Assembly (NCBI GenBank): GCA_016208495.1
Contig: JACQXX010000072.1
Coordinates: 1-64,000 of the forward strand
DNA: 64,000 bases
Source: Acidobacteriota bacterium
Lineage (GTDB): Bacteria; Acidobacteriota; Blastocatellia; Chloracidobacteriales; Chloracidobacteriaceae
Reading direction: 5' to 3'
Under the pieces are notes generated by a model. It was not told where the DNA came from, made no database searches, and was given only the letters and a program-made list of their open reading frames with translations. The position numbers and the translations under genes are program-made. Shown here in pieces: positions 56,597 through 64,000 of the stretch (positions are counted from its first letter, which is position 1; every line of letters starts with the position of its first letter).

Positions 56597-58228
56597 ATGC
56601 CCCACGACTTGCGGCTTTCCGTCGCCAACGAAAACAGGTCGCGCCGCCATCCTGCCTGGTTGTTTGGGGTTGCCTGTCTGGTTGCTCTTTCGATTGCCGT
56701 CGCCTGTACGACCACGTCGTCATCCCAATCAGAACTGGTTGTCTTTGTGGTTGAAAATTCGGCTCAATTGCGGGGCAGCGCCAGTCGGGAAGGATTTCAA
56801 GCCAATCTCAAAACCTGTCTTGATACCTTTCCAAAAAATCGGTTTGAGTCACACTTGATACTCTTTGGCAGTTACGCTGAACGAATTGCCCCGGCAACGC
56901 TCACCCAACTGACTGGCAAATCTCACCATGTGGATTGTACCGCCGGGTTGGGAATGGCAGTCCAAGCCGTGAAAGGGCAGCCTCAGCGGTCAAAACGGGT
57001 TATTCTGGTAACTTCTGGAAAACAAAATGTAAACACCGATGAATGGATGACCCTGACCCAGGCTGGAATGGATCAGGTTTCCCCCAAACCTACCTCTCAA
57101 ACCCAGGTTCCCGAAATCGCCCGCCAATTTGCAGTTGAGTTATGTCGCCAGTTACATTGCCCGCTTTACATCGTTGCGATTGGTCCGAATCAGGAGTCAG
57201 ATTGGCTGCGTGAACTGGCCCAGGCCGCCAACGGAAAAATTGCCGCTTCTGGCATTTTGGAGCTGGTGGTCAGTCGCGTTCCATTTCGCAGCCACCTGTT
57301 TCAGCAATACCTGTATTCGGTTGACGGACTAACCACTCCGAAACAAACCAAACAGGTCCAGGGATATTTCAAGCAACTGGCGCAACCCATATCTTCCGCA
57401 CCAGACATTGGGCTTGGGGCCTTTGGGGGAACCGTGGCCTTGTTGGTTCTGGTTCACTCACTTCGAAAATTTCCAGGACCCGGTGATCTTGAATATTTTG
57501 AAGTGATTGAAGGGACACCGATGTATCTGGCAACAGGCATTGAAAACACCATGGCCCTCCAAAATAGCCAGATGACCAATCTGGCTACCTCGGTTCAGGT
57601 GTGTCGTGGCGCTGAAATGGCTTCGCTGGGCGTTGTCTATCGAACTCGAAGTGTGCACGTGCTTGGGTATTTGCAGTGTAGCGATTATGATCAGTTGCCT
57701 GGGCTGACCAAACAACTGGTTTTGCTGGATCCACGCCGGATCGGAGAAGGATTGTACACGGCGGCCAAAGGTCACCCTGAAGATCCAGACACCATGAAAG
57801 CCGTGAATTTGAGATTGGCTTGCAAATCACCAGATATTGACCGAATTCAACAAACGCTTCAGCTTGTAAACCAAACTGGTGTGGCGCCGGGTGAGGATCT
57901 GGTGTACACCAAACTGTGTCTGGCATTTCACCAGGAACTTGCCGAAGCTTTAGGGCCTCGGCAAACGCTCTTTTGGATCCTTCCGCAGACTGGGGAGGAA
58001 ACCGAGGCAAAAATTGGTGATCAAATTTATATTGGGCCGTTGCAATTAACTCTGGAAGACATCATCAATCTTGAGGAAGGGTATCCGCTCAAAGCTGCTA
58101 TTACGTTGAAGTACCATCGCCCCGCGTCTGGGATCAATCCAAAGCGCTGGTTGCCGGTTCGACTCCAGGCCGCTTTACGGCTCCGCGGAGCACGCCGCCA
58201 TGTCTTACACAAGTTTACTGAAACGTGA
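56597..58228 (+). CDS. Lipoprotein with N-terminal vWA-like (non-MIDAS) domain, otherwise unknown
   Basis: It has the lipobox LSIAVAC. The alternating strand/helix pattern VVFVVENSAQL...SHLILFGSYAERIAP...RVILVTSGKQN...LYIVAIGPN resembles the vWA/Rossmann-like fold without the DxSxS motif. Confidence 0.5.
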   Translation: MPHDLRLSVANENRSRRHPAWLFGVACLVALSIAVACTTTSSSQSELVVFVVENSAQLRGSASREGFQANLKTCLDTFPKNRFESHLILFGSYAERIAPATLTQLTGKSHHVDCTAGLGMAVQAVKGQPQRSKRVILVTSGKQNVNTDEWMTLTQAGMDQVSPKPTSQTQVPEIARQFAVELCRQLHCPLYIVAIGPNQESDWLRELAQAANGKIAASGILELVVSRVPFRSHLFQQYLYSVDGLTTPKQTKQVQGYFKQLAQPISSAPDIGLGAFGGTVALLVLVHSLRKFPGPGDLEYFEVIEGTPMYLATGIENTMALQNSQMTNLATSVQVCRGAEMASLGVVYRTRSVHVLGYLQCSDYDQLPGLTKQLVLLDPRRIGEGLYTAAKGHPEDPDTMKAVNLRLACKSPDIDRIQQTLQLVNQTGVAPGEDLVYTKLCLAFHQELAEALGPRQTLFWILPQTGEETEAKIGDQIYIGPLQLTLEDIINLEEGYPLKAAITLKYHRPASGINPKRWLPVRLQAALRLRGARRHVLHKFTET

Positions 58229-58269
58229 CAGGTGTTTCAGGCTTGGGGCTGAGGGCCATACACGCCAGG

Positions 58270-58440
58270 ATAAGAAAACAAAGTCCGATCTGGACAAGGG
58301 GACAAGGAGACAAGGAGACACGGAGACACAATGGATCGCTTCATTTCCCCGCACCCAATCGGAACTCATTCACATTTACAAACTCCGTGGAATTGTCTCC
58401 GTGTCTCCGTGTCTCCCCTTCTCCTTGTCTCAAACACACT
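58270..58440. repeat. Inverted arrays (GACAAGGGGA/GACAAGGAGA/GACACGGAGA) ... (TCTCCGTGTC/TCTCCTTGTC)
   Basis: Direct reading. Confidence 0.85.
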
Positions 58441-58557
58441 CAACTTTCCTTATCCTGGCGCTTATGAGGCTGAGGGCTTGGGATCCAATACCTTCCAGTC
58501 ACCAAGACAAAACCAGATGTGCTTTACCAATCTTAACGAGAAGAAATCGAGGGAACT

Positions 58558-59484
58558 ATGGCACCGGAAATAACTGAGAAAATTTGGCATAATGGCGTTT
58601 TTATAAATTGGGAAGATGCCCGCATTCACGTCATGTCACATGTGATTCATTACGGTTCTTCGTTGTTTGAAGGAATCCGGTGTTACCACACACCAAAAGG
58701 GCCACAAATTTTCCGACTTTCAGAGCACATCCGACGCTTGTTTGACTCCTGTCGAATCTATCGAATGGATATTCCGCATTCGCAACAGGAATTGATCAAT
58801 GTGTGTACTGATATTGTACGGGTCAATCACATGGAGGAATGTTATGTCCGCCCGATTGTGTTTCGCGGATATGGCACCTTTGGGGTGAATCCGTTCCCCG
58901 CACCGGTTGAAACCTACATTGCCTGCTGGCCCTGGGGGCCCTATTTGGGATCAGATGCCCTGGAAGAAGGTGTTGACGTATGCACCTCGACCTGGTCGCG
59001 CATGTCCCCAAACACGCTGCCGACGACCGCCAAAGCCGGTGCCAATTACATGAACTCACAACTGGTCAAAATGGAGGCCATCGTCAATAAATATGCCGAA
59101 GGAATCGCACTTGATCGCTTTGGCTATGTGAGTGAAGGCAGTGGGGAGAATATCTTCCTGGTGCGGGATGGTGTGGTCCATACCCCGCCTTCGCATGCTT
59201 CAGTGTTGCCAGGCATTACCCGTGACGCCGTCATGACGCTTTGCCAGGAAATGGGCATTCCCCTCAAGGAACGCAATATTTCACGTGAAGAACTCTATAT
59301 CGCCGATGAAATTTTCCTGACTGGGACCGCTTGTGAAATTACTCCAATCCGAAGCATAGACCGCATCAATGTCAATAATGGGCAGCGTGGGAACATCACC
59401 GCCAAATTACAGGAACGGTTCTTCGGCATTTTTAACGGAGAATATGAAGACCGGTACGACTGGCTGACCCCGGTCAACAAATGA
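58558..59484 (+). CDS. ilvE: Branched-chain amino acid aminotransferase (class IV PLP enzyme)
   Basis: It has the fold-type IV motifs (EGIRCY, the PLP-lysine region and ExxxxNIF-type C-terminal blocks). It is 308 aa. Confidence 0.9.
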   Translation: MAPEITEKIWHNGVFINWEDARIHVMSHVIHYGSSLFEGIRCYHTPKGPQIFRLSEHIRRLFDSCRIYRMDIPHSQQELINVCTDIVRVNHMEECYVRPIVFRGYGTFGVNPFPAPVETYIACWPWGPYLGSDALEEGVDVCTSTWSRMSPNTLPTTAKAGANYMNSQLVKMEAIVNKYAEGIALDRFGYVSEGSGENIFLVRDGVVHTPPSHASVLPGITRDAVMTLCQEMGIPLKERNISREELYIADEIFLTGTACEITPIRSIDRINVNNGQRGNITAKLQERFFGIFNGEYEDRYDWLTPVNK

Positions 59485-60188
59485 TGGATTCGTTACCTGT
59501 TTTGAGGTCTGAAATAGAAAACTGTCGCCAGTGTCCGCGGTTGGTTGCGTGGCGGGAACAGGTGGCGGCTGAAAAGGTGGCCCGGTTCCGCCACCAAACC
59601 TATTGGGGAAAGCCCGTGCCGGGGTTTGGCGATCCACAGGCTCGATTGGTCGTGGTTGGATTGGCGCCCGCCGCGCATGGTGGAAACCGGACTGGACGAG
59701 TCTTTACCGGTGACAAAAGCGGAGACTGGTTGTATCGGGCACTCCATAAAGCCGGGTTTGCCAATCAAGCGACGTCAACCGATGCCAGGGATGGGTTAAT
59801 CCTCACTGATTGCTATATCGGAGTCGTCGTCCGATGTGCACCGCCCGATAACAAACCCACACCTCTTGAAACCGAAACCTGCCGAACATTTCTTGCGCGT
59901 GAGCTAAAGCTGCTTGAATCAACCCAGGTGATTCTGGCACTTGGGAAATTTGCCTTTGACAATGTAGTGAAAATCTTGAAATCCCAGGGGCTCACCGTCC
60001 CCCAACCTGTCCCCCACTTTGGACACAATCGGGGGTATCATCTGGGAACAAAAGACCAGCCCCTGTTCCTGATTGGGTCGTACCACCCAAGTCAGCGTAA
60101 TACTTCAACCGGATTTTTGACCGAACCGATGTTTGATGAAGTCTTTTCCACGATCAGAAGCCATCTTGGCGACACGGTGACACAATGA
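59481..60188 (+). CDS. Uracil-DNA glycosylase superfamily protein, family 4/5-type (4Fe-4S-containing)
   Basis: It has CRQCPRL (Cys ligands), the GLAPAAHGGNRTGRVFTGD motif (GLAPA resembles family-5 UdgB; family 4 has GEGPG) and a C-terminal HPS-type motif (SYHPSQ). Its ATG overlaps the ilvE stop (ATGA). Confidence 0.75.
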   Translation: MMDSLPVLRSEIENCRQCPRLVAWREQVAAEKVARFRHQTYWGKPVPGFGDPQARLVVVGLAPAAHGGNRTGRVFTGDKSGDWLYRALHKAGFANQATSTDARDGLILTDCYIGVVVRCAPPDNKPTPLETETCRTFLARELKLLESTQVILALGKFAFDNVVKILKSQGLTVPQPVPHFGHNRGYHLGTKDQPLFLIGSYHPSQRNTSTGFLTEPMFDEVFSTIRSHLGDTVTQ

Positions 60189-60689
60189 CAGGGTGACACG
60201 ATTCCTCGTTATATGCATCAAGCGAAGGATTTGAGGCCCGCAGGGTCGTCATCGGGTATAGAATTTCAGATAAAGAAACCACGAAACACACGAACTACAC
60301 GAAAAAGAAAGCCAAATTTTTCAATGGTTTCTGAACGATGATCACCAAAAACACCAGGGCAATATTTATCTGAAAAACTATAGCTGTGGTGCGAAGCCCA
60401 TAAGCGCCAGGATAAGGAAACAGAACCCGATCTGGACAAGGGGACAAGGGGACAATGGAATTTTTTCATCCCTCATCCTTCATCCCTCATCCCTTGAAAG
60501 AGCCCCGAAACCCCGGTGGTATGATATTTCCATCCGACTCCCCAAACATCACTTGTTTGCTGGTTCAAAGTTCGCACGCCTTGGCTCGAAAACTCATCGC
60601 CGCTTGTCTTCACTTTTCCCAACCACTCTCTTTCGCGACGAGTGGGAGCTGTTTGTACAAAATCTAGGCTCACGCAGGCGGTACTGACC

Positions 60690-61400
60690 TTATTCCTTGC
60701 CGCCGCGGGCAACCAGCAGATCAGCTTTCTGGTTGTGGAGCAGGATGCTTGCCCACCCCAGTGGTGTCATCCGGGTGGCGTCGCGATGGTTGATGTCCGC
60801 CCCGGCATCAAGCAGCAATTCAATGCCTTTGGGATTATCCATCGAATTGGCGGCGTACACCGAAAGCGCGGTTCGTCCCTGGATGTCCAGTCGCGTGACA
60901 TCAGCGTTGGCTTTAAGCAGCAGTTCGATCATTTCCGGAGAGCGTTCAGCGGCAACATGCAGCGGCGTCAACTGGTTTTCATAGACTTCATTTGGATCAC
61001 AGCCTTTGCTGAGAAAGTACTGCACGAGTTCATACCGGCCACTGACGATTGACCACCGGAGCGGTGTCATCTGTTGATAGGAAACTTCAGAGCGCGGTAA
61101 GACCCATCGGATATCAATCCGAGCGCCGGCATTGACGAGCATTTCCACGGTTTCGAGCGATGAAAATCGAATGGCCACGTTGAGTGGCGCCGTCCGGTCA
61201 ATAGCCTGTGGGTTGAGCACCGCACCATTGCGGATCAATTCGCCTAACGTACCAGTTTCATTGGTGCGAATCGCTTCAATCAATGGATCCGGACGTACAA
61301 TCGACGTTGGGGGGTCTTGTATGGTTTGCGCCGTCATGGACGGCATACCCAAAAAAAGCGTACCAAGTACCAGAACAGTTATCAAAACAAGGCGAGTCAT
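60690..61400 (-). CDS. Secreted ankyrin-repeat protein
   Basis: It has the signal peptide MTRLVLITVLVLGTLFLGMPSMTAQ and 5-6 ANK units (TPLHVAAERSPEMIELLLKANADV, TALSVYAANS...). GAGGAA lies upstream. Confidence 0.75.
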   Translation of the reverse strand: MTRLVLITVLVLGTLFLGMPSMTAQTIQDPPTSIVRPDPLIEAIRTNETGTLGELIRNGAVLNPQAIDRTAPLNVAIRFSSLETVEMLVNAGARIDIRWVLPRSEVSYQQMTPLRWSIVSGRYELVQYFLSKGCDPNEVYENQLTPLHVAAERSPEMIELLLKANADVTRLDIQGRTALSVYAANSMDNPKGIELLLDAGADINHRDATRMTPLGWASILLHNQKADLLVARGGKE

Positions 61401-61754
61401 CACAAATTCCTCAAACGTGAAAAATGATTCGGCAGCCTGGACTGGCCGCCTGTTCCTCAATCGCTTGACAACCATAGATGATAAAAGACTAAATGTGAAC
61501 CTCCTGCGAAAGTGTAGAGGGCTATCTGGTGCAAGAATTGATACTTTTTTAGCTCAGGCCAAACCCCCAGCCCGAAAAATCAGGCGCCCAAAACTCACCC
61601 CAAAAAATCCCAACGCACCAGCTCAATCAAACTGGAATAAAAGTTCTTATTCCTTATTTAAAGTGCCAATACCTTCAGAATTGATCCCTGCAAAATCAGA
61701 CTCGCTATCTCACCTGAGCGATATTCTTTGGTTTGGGTATAAATTTGAACGATT

Positions 61755-63059
61755 ATGGGCACAAGTGTTCATCCTGAGTATGAGCAAGAACGACTCAAAG
61801 CGCTTCGTCGCTTTGATATTCTTGATACCCCGCCAGACGGTGCCTTTGACCGGATCACGGCATTGGCGGCACGTTTGTTTCATGTTCCAATTTCAATTGT
61901 GAGTTTGGTTGACCATGACCGGATCTGGTTTAAATCCCGGCAGGGACTCGATGTCCAGGAAGTGAACCGCGATTTGGGGTTGTGTGCCTCGGCCATTCTT
62001 TCCAAAGAGGTATATTCGATCACCAACGCGATTGAAGATCCCCGCTCGCTGGCCAACCCCCTTGTGGCTGGATCCATGGGATTCCGGTTTTATGCGGCAG
62101 CACCGTTGCGAACCAATGATGGCTACAATTTAGGCACCCTGTGCGTGATTGACGGTAAACCACGTCATATTTCGGAACCTGAAAAAATGCTCCTGCAGGA
62201 ACTGGCTGAAGTCGTCATGGATCAAATGGAGTTGCGGCTCAATGCCCGCCGGCAGGCGGTTGAAGAGGAACGTCGCCGATATAGCGAACTGGAACGCCTC
62301 TATCAGAAAGAACAGGAGGTGCTCAAACAACTCCAGCACCTCGATCACCTCAAAACGAATTTTATGCTGGTCACCTCGCATGAAATGCGAACCCCGCTGA
62401 CAGTTTTGAGTGGCTATACTGAAATGCTCTCGGAAGGGTTACTCGGAGAATTGGAACCGATTCAGAAAAAAGCCCTGGATTCCTGTCATCGAATGGTTGA
62501 GCGACTCAACCTGAATTTCAACAAAATTCTTGAGATGGTAAAACTCTCAGAAGGCAGACTGCCGCTCAATGTTCGAGAAGTTGACATTTCTGGGATTCTC
62601 AGCCAGGGGCTTCTGGAGCTTGAACCGTTTATTGAACGTCGCAACCTGAGCGTAGTCAAGGAGATCCCTGCTCTGAGCCTCGCCGTAGTTGATCCAGAAA
62701 AGATCCACCTTGTCTTTCTCAATTTGTTCCAGAACGCCATTAAATACACCCCTGATGGCGGCACCATCACGGTACGGCTTGAACTCGCGGCAGATGGATA
62801 TCAGGTTGCAATTACAGATACCGGAGTTGGAATCCACCCCTCAGAACTAAACCAGATTTTTGAGTTATTTTATACCACTGATGACCTGTCCACCCATCAA
62901 TCCGGGACTTTTGAATTCCTGACCCATGGCACCGGGCTTGGCCTGGCAATTGCCAAAAAGCATATTGAAGCCCACGGCGGACGCATCTGGGCTGAATCAA
63001 ATGGACCCGGTCAGGGAAGTTGTTTCAACGTCTGGTTCCCCGGCCTGCTCAAAAACTAA
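61755..63059 (+). CDS. GAF-domain sensor histidine kinase (GAF + HisKA + HATPase_c), soluble
   Basis: It has the H-box TSHEMRTPL, N-box NLFQNAIKYT, G1 DTGVGI and G2 GTGLGLAI. The N-terminal GAF region has no TM segments. Confidence 0.85.
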   Translation: MGTSVHPEYEQERLKALRRFDILDTPPDGAFDRITALAARLFHVPISIVSLVDHDRIWFKSRQGLDVQEVNRDLGLCASAILSKEVYSITNAIEDPRSLANPLVAGSMGFRFYAAAPLRTNDGYNLGTLCVIDGKPRHISEPEKMLLQELAEVVMDQMELRLNARRQAVEEERRRYSELERLYQKEQEVLKQLQHLDHLKTNFMLVTSHEMRTPLTVLSGYTEMLSEGLLGELEPIQKKALDSCHRMVERLNLNFNKILEMVKLSEGRLPLNVREVDISGILSQGLLELEPFIERRNLSVVKEIPALSLAVVDPEKIHLVFLNLFQNAIKYTPDGGTITVRLELAADGYQVAITDTGVGIHPSELNQIFELFYTTDDLSTHQSGTFEFLTHGTGLGLAIAKKHIEAHGGRIWAESNGPGQGSCFNVWFPGLLKN

Positions 63060-63219
63060 AATCAGTTCAGGTCAGCCGGAAGGCCCTGATCCGCACACCA
63101 ACCTCAATCCAAAACCTTAAATTCCGAACCTTGTGGTTCAAACTAGATCTGGGCAATTTGACTGGAATATGGTCTAATCCAGGGACAACCAGGCCATATT
63201 CATCTCTCGCTCAGAGAAT

Positions 63220-64000
63220 ATGACCCAAATTGACTTCGGAACCCTTTCCAAATCTCATCTCAAACTGCTCGTTCTCGGTCCAACCATTGATGCCATTCGC
63301 CCGCTTGGGGCGCTCCTGCTGGAGTATTTCTGGATGGTCGAGTTGCTCGAATACTCGACGCTTCACAAATCGGTTGCTCATCCCGAAGTCGGGATTGTCC
63401 TGGTGGACCGGCCTGATTCTGATTCCGTACCCTGGCTCTTTGACCGCATTCAAAAACAATTTGGGAATCTGGCACTGGTTTTGGTGGTCTGGCCGGAACA
63501 GGAATCAAGCGTGGCCCAACTGTGGGAAGCTGGACAGATTGTGGACTATGTCTATCAGGATCGTCCGTACCGATTGATATCCGCGCTGCGCCGGATTGAA
63601 CGTGACGTTATGCCGCTCACCCGTTCCAGACGGGACGCCAGGCCAGGAAAACCCCAACGTCAGAGTGAAGAGAGATTCAGGAAAATCTTTCATTCGAGCC
63701 CGGTTGCCATTGCCTTGCTGTCGTTGACCGATTCCAAAGTGATGGATGTCAATCCGGCATTTTTGAAAATGTGCGGCTACACCCGTGCGGAAGTGGTTGG
63801 TCGTCCGCCGATTGAACTCAACCTGTGGATCAACCTTTCAGACCGGGAGCACCTGCTCCAGGCCATCAGCACTGGAAAAACGCCAGTTCTGATTGAGACT
63901 CCGTTTCGGTCAAAGTCCGGTGAATTTCGGCAGGCGTCAGGTGCCGTTGACCTGGTTCATTTGGATGAAGGCCCCTGCCTTCTCGCCATGTTTTATGATG
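63220..64000 (+). CDS. Partial (3'-truncated by window end) signalling protein: receiver-like N-domain followed by a PAS domain
   Basis: I translated from ATG 63220 manually: MTQIDFGTLSKSHLKLLVLGPTIDAIRPL...ERFRKIFHSSPVAIALLSLTDSKVMDVNPAFLKMCGYTRAEVVGRPP... (classic PAS). There is no stop before 64000. It is absent from the ORF track because it is open-ended. Confidence 0.6.
   Translation, partial: MTQIDFGTLSKSHLKLLVLGPTIDAIRPLGALLLEYFWMVELLEYSTLHKSVAHPEVGIVLVDRPDSDSVPWLFDRIQKQFGNLALVLVVWPEQESSVAQLWEAGQIVDYVYQDRPYRLISALRRIERDVMPLTRSRRDARPGKPQRQSEERFRKIFHSSPVAIALLSLTDSKVMDVNPAFLKMCGYTRAEVVGRPPIELNLWINLSDREHLLQAISTGKTPVLIETPFRSKSGEFRQASGAVDLVHLDEGPCLLAMFYD

Noticed and set aside
63230-63577. 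TTG-initiated 115-aa ORF from the track
   Set aside because: The overlapping +1-frame ORF from ATG 63220 encodes a clean receiver-like plus PAS sequence and continues past the window end. The listed ORF is Trp/Ser-rich nonsense.

Overview
This 64-kb window looks like part of a GC-rich, Gram-negative-type bacterial chromosome. I infer that from a sigma-54/NtrC regulator, a TonB-C protein, an OmpA-like outer-membrane protein, twin-arginine and lipobox signals, and AGGAG-type ribosome-binding sites. The phylum is not determinable from the sequence alone; an Acidobacteria-like origin is only a guess. I call about 45 protein-coding genes on both strands and one tRNA-Pro(TGG). There is no rRNA, no CRISPR array and no recognisable transposase or integrase.

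Housekeeping content includes 2-oxo-acid dehydrogenase E1-beta and E2, phosphoglucomutase/phosphomannomutase, glutamate dehydrogenase, type I asparaginase and UbiE/MenG methyltransferase. It also includes branched-chain aminotransferase, a UDG-family glycosylase, NAD-isocitrate-dehydrogenase-family enzyme and TsaE. There is a MacAB-like efflux cassette (HlyD adaptor, ABC ATPase and two FtsX-type permeases) followed by a sigma-54 response regulator and histidine kinase. Large secreted proteins include an NHL/TolB-like beta-propeller, a BNR protein, a VIT+vWA protein, a TPR protein, an ankyrin protein and an ~830-aa pentapeptide-repeat protein.

The most striking global property is that nearly every intergenic region is packed with short tandem repeats of 7-10 nt units (GGGTTCA/GAACCCT, GGGTGACA, CTGACTA, AGTAGCGAGT, GAAGAATGAA, GGCTGAAGA, GGAACCCG, GACAAGGGGA, GTGGTTAGTGG). 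These are often arranged as nested inverted arrays around a central point, and some are read into ORF termini. Superimposed on this are a conserved ~100-nt gene-upstream element with a variable CTGACTA heptamer array (at least 3 full and 2 partial copies) and several GC-rich multi-hairpin, MITE-like elements.

The most interesting locus is a minus-strand gene pair at 42629-44068. It encodes a eukaryote-like UBC/E2-fold protein (HPHVWPDGKVCIGSW active-site signature) and a JAB/JAMM metalloprotease (E...HTHPGFGVFMSGTD), with no E1 or ubiquitin-like gene visible in the window. Other notable items are listed below.

- An HU/IHF-TPR-PilZ fusion protein is translationally coupled to a GT-C (PMT/ArnT-like) membrane glycosyltransferase.
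- A glutathionylspermidine-synthase-family ligase is coupled to a TAT-exported protein with a Gly/Ser/Arg-rich tail.
- There is an OlsF-like bifunctional acyltransferase.
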